Shown: piece after piece, positions 34,481 through 39,974 of the stretch
How the letters are laid out: each line of letters begins with the position of its first letter
How positions within the stretch are numbered: the first letter of the stretch is position 1
Assembly: GCA_023645945.1 (NCBI GenBank)
Contig: JALAIB010000052.1
Location: 1 to 39,974 of the forward strand
Source of the DNA: Diploschistes diacapsis
Lineage: Eukaryota
Direction: 5' to 3'
Length of the DNA stretch: 39,974 nucleotides
The notes under the pieces: model-generated
What the model was told of the DNA's origin: nothing
The model's input: only the letters and a program-made list of their open reading frames with translations
Databases searched by the model: none
Position numbers and translations under genes: made by a program

Positions 34481-35596
34481 CTACCTCCAATAGTGCAGAT
34501 AATCGCGGCTGAGCAAGAAGCCGACGTGAGTGCGAGCAATGGCCCTGCCACGCGCGACGAACTCGGAGTCGGCCGCGTGTGCGCGCTCCCACGCCGCACG
34601 CCACCGCACGCCCTCCCAGTCGGCGCCGAGGCGGTCGGGCGGCCAGAAGCCGCGGTGGACGAGGTAGTCGAAGAGGTCGGCGGCGGACGCGCGCGTGAGC
34701 CGCTGCACGCACGCGCCGACCACGAGCTCCAGGCCGAAGCGCTCGCCCCGCCACCCGCGCCGCGCCCCGTCGTAGAAGCGCGGCCCAAAGTCCGGGAACC
34801 CCTCGCCGAACATGGCCGCCGTCCGCCTGTAGTCGTCGGCGGAGTCCGTGGGCGGGCGCCCGCTGCCGGCATCGGCATCGGCATTGGCATCGGCATCGGC
34901 CGTGCCACTGGCGCCGGTGTTGTTGTTGTTGTCCTCCGTTCTGGCCTCCATGGTCCCGGCCATCGGCCCGGCATCCTCGTTGCTTGGATCGGCGGCCGGC
35001 CGTCGTGCGGAGGGTGTGTGGAGCCGATCGAAAGGCAGGTTCGGGATGCCGGCCGCGGAGCCGCCATCGTCGTCGTCGTCAAAGCCCTGCAGCACGTTCT
35101 CGAACTCTTCGCCAGTCACCTCCACGTAGGCGTCCAGGAGGCTATCCGTGGGGGCCACCAGCAGTTGGTCTGCCGCCTCTCGGGCGTCCTGGATCCTGCG
35201 CGCCAGCGCCGCGTCCGACATGGTGGCGAATCGCGTAATGCGCCCAAGGTCGGCGGCCATGCGCTCGGCTCGCCCCAGCAGGGCGAAACTGTCCGTGATG
35301 GCACGCTCCACGTGCGGCGGTGGCCGGGACCCGGACCCGCCCCGCGAAGCCTGCACCAGGCCCTGGTTCAGTCGCCTGGCTCGGTCGTGGTACTCGAGCA
35401 CGTCCAGCTCCAAGTCTCGGATACGCCCCCGGGGCACCCGAGCCCGCGGTGAGAGACTGCGCATGTTCCGCAATCGTAGACCGTCCGCCGTTGCGCTATG
35501 CTCTCGGCCGTGGTTCGGAGCGGCGGCGCGCACAGGCCGCGGCGGCGGCGGCGGCGGCGGGTCCTCGGACGGACTGCGCGGCATGGGGAGGCTCAT
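34481..35596 (-). CDS. GC-rich hypothetical protein (371 aa)
   Basis: ATG-initiated ORF with strong G/C third-position bias, sharply bounded by AT-richer flanks. Pro-rich N terminus, helical middle, Trp/Arg-rich C-terminal region. Confidence 0.65.
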   Translation of the reverse strand: MSLPMPRSPSEDPPPPPPPRPVRAAAPNHGREHSATADGLRLRNMRSLSPRARVPRGRIRDLELDVLEYHDRARRLNQGLVQASRGGSGSRPPPHVERAITDSFALLGRAERMAADLGRITRFATMSDAALARRIQDAREAADQLLVAPTDSLLDAYVEVTGEEFENVLQGFDDDDDGGSAAGIPNLPFDRLHTPSARRPAADPSNEDAGPMAGTMEARTEDNNNNTGASGTADADANADADAGSGRPPTDSADDYRRTAAMFGEGFPDFGPRFYDGARRGWRGERFGLELVVGACVQRLTRASAADLFDYLVHRGFWPPDRLGADWEGVRWRAAWERAHAADSEFVARGRAIARTHVGFLLSRDYLHYWR

Positions 35597-36772
35597 GTCG
35601 ATCCCGGTTGGAGAGGTTACTGTCCCTGTTCACCTTTCAGCTAATCTAGAGTTGTTGCCGAGGGAAACCTTCTATGCAGAATGATGACGATGGCAGGGTT
35701 GAGAAGAAGGCTAGGAGAAAAGACGGACTCGAATGGGTCTTATGGCCTTTGCTCCTAAGCGAAGGCACTGGGCATGGGGTTGGGTTGGAGGCCCCCACAA
35801 TGGCTGTGTAAGAAGGCCATTGTCCAGTAGTCATACAAAGCCGGTGGGACAACGAATTAGAACGGCGCTCTTGTATAAAGAAAGAGAAATCGCATTGAAC
35901 AATGACATGGAAAGCGAAGTGCAAGAGAGAGAGCTGCAGCTGACAAAGGAAAACCCAAAAAGGAGTGCAAACAGGATAGCTCAAGCTTTGTCGACCATCT
36001 ACTCAATCCTAATGGCCGCGGTGCATGGGACGCTGTTGCACAATTCGAAAGGAGAAGACTTCAAGCCCATCGAGCTAGGTCTCGGCTTTACACAGGCTAT
36101 TGATCTAGCGTGGTCTTGTCCACTACCAGGTTATACCAAGATAGTAGCCTACCAGTCCCGGACTCAGCGTATGGGACTGAAGAAACACAGTACTATACTA
36201 AAAGTAACAGACCATCCCCCAAATTACATCAAAATGCGCTTTGTTTATAAAGCTACCATATCACCCATAAGCCTTTTTTGTTAATAAAAAAATAAAGTTT
36301 AAACAGGTTGGGGGGGGAAAAATTTTTTTTTTATGTATTTTGATGTGTTTTGGGGGCAGGGCCCATTACTTTTTAGAACGTGACTGACTACCGTGGCGCA
36401 AGGTCAGCATCAGAATTTGATCGACACTGTTATACTCCCATAGGGAGTGAACCAAAGGTGTGGCCTCCTGAACAACACAATCCGAATGACGCACATACTC
36501 CACCTACAGAGTCTTGACATCCGATGTGATTTTTCTTCTTGATTGTTCTATTGACTAACGATCTAGTCAAGCATCTTGGCCAGTTCTGCCTGAAAGTCGT
36601 ACAGGCTCGTTTCTGGTACGTTGCATCACGCTATATGGGGTATTCATCCAACATCTTTGCCAATCTCCACGCGCACTCTGCGATGCCGAACAATAGCGAC
36701 CTCGAAGCCAAGAAAAGAAAGCCATGCACAAGACGTAAAGAAACGGCTGAAGCCAGCTACCGTCTCAATCGA

Positions 36773-38125
36773 TCAGGCTTTTGCCGAACGGAGATGGCGC
36801 GCAAGATGCCTTCGTCTGCGCTCGCCCATCCTCATGTCAGCTGCGCGCTTCCACCCTTCGGAGCCGGCAGGAATGCCCCCGCTGCCTGATCCAAAATCGT
36901 TCGATGCCAGAGGGTCAATCGTCGGTATGGCCTTGGCCTTCGGCTGGGCAGGGGTCGGGGTCGAAACGATCGAGGATGTCGAGGCTACTGTGGAGAATGA
37001 GGTGGAGATTGCGACGGTGGAGGGTAGCGCAACTGAAGAGGATGAAACGACGGGTGAAGCTGACATGGTGGAAGAAGATGATGAAGCCTTTGAAGGAGAT
37101 GAAGGAATTGGAGTTGCCGATGGAGAGGCTTTTGCCATCGCGGACGCAGAAGATGCGGATGGTTTGGCCCCTTGGCCACTGTTGGTCGAGGAAGACTGCT
37201 GCTGGTATACTCTTAGGTTACTGACGCCCCAGTAAGCGTTGGCAAAGGCAGCGGGATTGTTGGACACAAAAGTCTGGCAAGCATCGAGGCCGCCGTCGTA
37301 CACGGCACCGGCCCAGGATCCACAGAAGGTAGTATCGAAAATAATGTTGTGCCGTGATAGAGAAGTTTCGAAGTCGCAGTTGGCGTCAGAAGAGGCCCAA
37401 TTGGCGGATGGCGCGCCCCATCCCGATGGGTTCGGACCGTCCCCAAAGACGTCGCCAGGTTGGCTTCCCTGCGGCCATCGCCATATGCTGACCCCGTCCG
37501 CCGTCCATTCCATGGCAAATACTCCTCCACCGACGGAGTTGAAGCCGGTGCCGTAAGACTTCGGGTCAGGGTCGTGGAAGGAGCAGCCTGCGTTGCTGTT
37601 GTCGTTTGCGTTGCAGTCGCTTAAGAAGGGTTGCAGCAGGCCGTTTCCACCGCCGTTCAGGGTGCAAGAGCTCCCAGTATGAATGGTCATGGAATTCGAG
37701 TTTGCCCCGTTGACCCCTTCGACGATGTCGATCTCTCCGTTGCTGGGCCAGTCCGGACCAAATGTCCAAAAAGCAGGCCACGTACCCGGAATGCCTCCGG
37801 GCATGTTGTAAAGTTGGAGCGTAAGCAGCATGTGTGTGTACGCGTTGTTGCTCGAAAGACGCACACTGTTGCGGCCAGGGGCAGCGACATTGTTGGTGGT
37901 CGAGTCCACGCCGATGAAAGCGCCCTTGTTAGTGTTGATCAGGCCGTCGTTTTGGGCCGTCGCTCGGTCGACGTAGTTCACCCAGCCAGCAGTAGGGTCG
38001 GCGCCAGTGTAGAAAGTAAAGTGGTCGAAGAAGTTTCCGCTGAAGAAGTCTTCGACGAGGCCATACTGAGCAGCGGCGAGGGAGAGGGTCCCCGCAGCAG
38101 TGAAGAGAGTAAAGAAGAAGCGCAT
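36773..38125 (-). CDS. Secreted GH16 endo-1,3(4)-beta-glucanase with Ser/Thr-rich linker
   Basis: Signal peptide, DPTAGWVNYVD, GRNSVRLSS, GTWPAFW, catalytic GEIDIVEG, IIFDTTFCGSWAG, and an S/T/P-rich tail. Confidence 0.95.
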   Translation of the reverse strand: MRFFFTLFTAAGTLSLAAAQYGLVEDFFSGNFFDHFTFYTGADPTAGWVNYVDRATAQNDGLINTNKGAFIGVDSTTNNVAAPGRNSVRLSSNNAYTHMLLTLQLYNMPGGIPGTWPAFWTFGPDWPSNGEIDIVEGVNGANSNSMTIHTGSSCTLNGGGNGLLQPFLSDCNANDNSNAGCSFHDPDPKSYGTGFNSVGGGVFAMEWTADGVSIWRWPQGSQPGDVFGDGPNPSGWGAPSANWASSDANCDFETSLSRHNIIFDTTFCGSWAGAVYDGGLDACQTFVSNNPAAFANAYWGVSNLRVYQQQSSSTNSGQGAKPSASSASAMAKASPSATPIPSSPSKASSSSSTMSASPVVSSSSVALPSTVAISTSFSTVASTSSIVSTPTPAQPKAKAIPTIDPLASNDFGSGSGGIPAGSEGWKRAADMRMGERRRRHLARHLRSAKA

Positions 38126-38885
38126 GGTGGTGCAAAGATGGTCAAAGCTGTGATGGGCAGCGTGGCAAATGAGTGTGATGACCTTGCTCAGGCAGGTCCT
38201 TGAAAGGAAGGAAAAGGAGTGACTGAAGAGAAAAGGCTACAAAGGCTGGGGAGAGAAAAGAATGGCGTCCAAAGGCAAGACCAGTCAAGCTGGGGGAGAA
38301 AGGAAAAGCAGAGAAGCGCGAAAGGGATTATATGTAGATAGCTGCTGCTATTCATCGTGGGGTATGTAGAGCTCACCTTGAATGGTGTGTGGAAGCCTGT
38401 TTCGGCAGGGTGGGGCAGGGGTTTTCCTCGCACCGCACGAGGCAATTTCGCTGCTGTATGGACATTTGGACATTTGACAATGTAGGCAATGAAAGCAAAC
38501 GAGGAGAAAGTCCAGGAAAGGGAAGGAGTACAGCCAGATCCTTGTGATTGAACAAGCGCAGAGGATGAGAGTGAGAAACGTCGGGGCCTCATTAGTTCGA
38601 TGGGATGGACGGAGAAGACAACAAACAGGCTTAGATGGAAACGGCGGGCAATCTCTCGAAGCTGTGGAGAGATCCAATGGACACGAGTTCCATGTTCGTG
38701 GCTAGATGCTTAGACGGTGGGCTGGAAAAGTGGCGAAGGGGAGAAAGGGAAGAGGAGAGGAAGAGGAAGAGAAAGAGAATGAGAAAGAGAAAGAAGGAAG
38801 AGCAGGTTTGGCCAGTGAGGATGCGGAACAGGCGTTGGGCGGCTGCACGACAGAGATCAGATCAGATCACGCACCAGTGAGACCG

Positions 38886-38922
38886 TTTTACTATAATTTT
38901 ACTATAATTTTACTATAATTTT
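38886..38922. repeat. 11-bp tandem repeat (ttttactataa)x3
   Basis: Directly visible. Confidence 0.9.
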
Positions 38923-39061
38923 GCTTTAGTGCACATCTCAAACCCGGCCACTAATGCAACCAACAGCACCATCTAACTGACTGAAACACTAATTGTTCAT
39001 TGATCGATTGGCATTGGCAACTTTAACTGGCGCGCCCTACTATCTACATTCTTGTACCGAA

Positions 39062-39092
<31 letters not shown>
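39062..39092. repeat. (TCTG)n microsatellite
   Basis: Directly visible. Confidence 0.95.
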
Positions 39093-39096
<4 letters not shown>

Positions 39097-39230
39097 GTGT
39101 TTATCTGCAGTTACATTGACCTTCAACTATCACAGCAATTACTTATAAGTGTACAGTGTATAACAGGAATTTTCCAGCAACAGGCAGTGTTAATAATATC
39201 ACGTGTCGAAGTAAAAAATCGAAGCTTAAT

Positions 39231-39522
39231 GTCAGATGATTAACCTAAATGGGTTAGTTTGTCTGACGAAGCAACTAGTTGGACCCGAAGGTGCTAGACA
39301 ACTATCGAGGATCCTACTAGCAATGATCGATCATTCTACTAGTAGCTGGAGGCTACTAGGAAGCATGTTTAGATTATTGGATTATTGGATTCATGATCCA
39401 ATAATATTTGGACCAGGGGTCTAATAAATGTTGGATAATTAGATCTAATATTTATGCTGGATTGTGGGACAAACAACGTTGGATTAGGAGATCCAACATT
39501 ATCGGAGATTACTAGATAATAT
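39231..39522 (-). mobile_element. Repeat family copy 3 (least AT-shifted copy)
   Basis: Reverse complement is colinear with 29511-29780, with indels. Confidence 0.75.
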
Positions 39523-39646
39523 TGTAATAATCAGGTGAAAGTATCTATAAAAGATCTTTAACCTCCCACCATCTACTATTAATCTTTATTTTTATCTATC
39601 TATTAATTATCTACATTAATAATAAATATCTCTTCATTCATTACCT

Positions 39647-39974
39647 CCTACAATAATAATCATTTAGCATTGTATGCAGGCTATCTGGCATTTATTTCAC
39701 TAGTCATCACTGCCTATTTTGTGACCCCACTTCCACTTTCAATATTAATAAGCCGAATATTTTTTAATATTCTATATTCTAGAACCTTCTAGAGTCTTCT
39801 AAAATATTCAAAACATATTAAAAGCTTTATAAACACTCACGCTAACCTATTTAGGTTAATATTCTAATAATATTTATTATTATTGTGTTGAAAGTGGAAG
39901 TGTGGTGACTAAATAGGCAAGTAATGACTAGGGAAATAATGCTGAGTACAATAGTAATGTATTACTATTATAGG
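39647..39974. mobile_element. MITE-like foldback element with ~90-100-bp inverted arms; may continue past the window end
   Basis: 39688-39742 (gcatttatttcactagtcatcactgcctattttgtgaccccacttccactttcaa) pairs with 39888-39942. Similarity extends outward to 39647 and 39974. Non-coding and AT-rich. Confidence 0.75.

Noticed and set aside
34274..35684. + strand ORFs of 392 aa and 178 aa
   Set aside because: Shadows of the GC-rich minus-strand ORF, which has the ATG start and the codon bias.
35733..36284. 183-aa + strand ORF
   Set aside because: No recognisable motifs or codon bias; it lies in the probable promoter of the minus-strand orphan. Cannot be fully excluded.
39236..39424. 62-aa ORF as a possible transposase piece
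   Set aside because: Lies within the non-coding repeat and has no transposase motifs.

Overview
Eukaryotic DNA from a filamentous ascomycete (Pezizomycotina), with short GT-AG introns and CTAAC/CTGAC-type branch sites, so most ORF-track entries are exon pieces or antisense shadows. The left half holds intact genes: a ~1,700-aa acidic repeat (LEA/DUF3659-type) protein, an IQ calmodulin-binding protein, an orphan coiled-coil/acidic protein, a ZFYVE19/ANCHR-like B-box protein, CFT1 (CPSF160), an LMBR1/LMBD1-type transporter and PEX13. From ~22.4 to 31.6 kb lies a decaying accessory island: an NRPS-like reductase relic, an MFS relic, an intact PTH11-like membrane protein, a broken M20 amidohydrolase and a broken PLP aminotransferase, interleaved with RIP-like AT-rich repeats. 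The right part has an ATG14/UVRAG-family gene, a small spliced orphan missed by the ORF track, a GC-rich orphan ORF, a secreted GH16 glucanase and a nested inverted-repeat (MITE-like) region. The most interesting candidates are (1) an unusually long, stop-free CFT1 intron carrying AATAAA-TGTA, a possible intronic-polyadenylation autoregulatory switch, and (2) a repeat family that carries heat-shock-element arrays, one of them perfect and just upstream of the autophagy gene. All gene models and family calls were made by eye; no searches were run.
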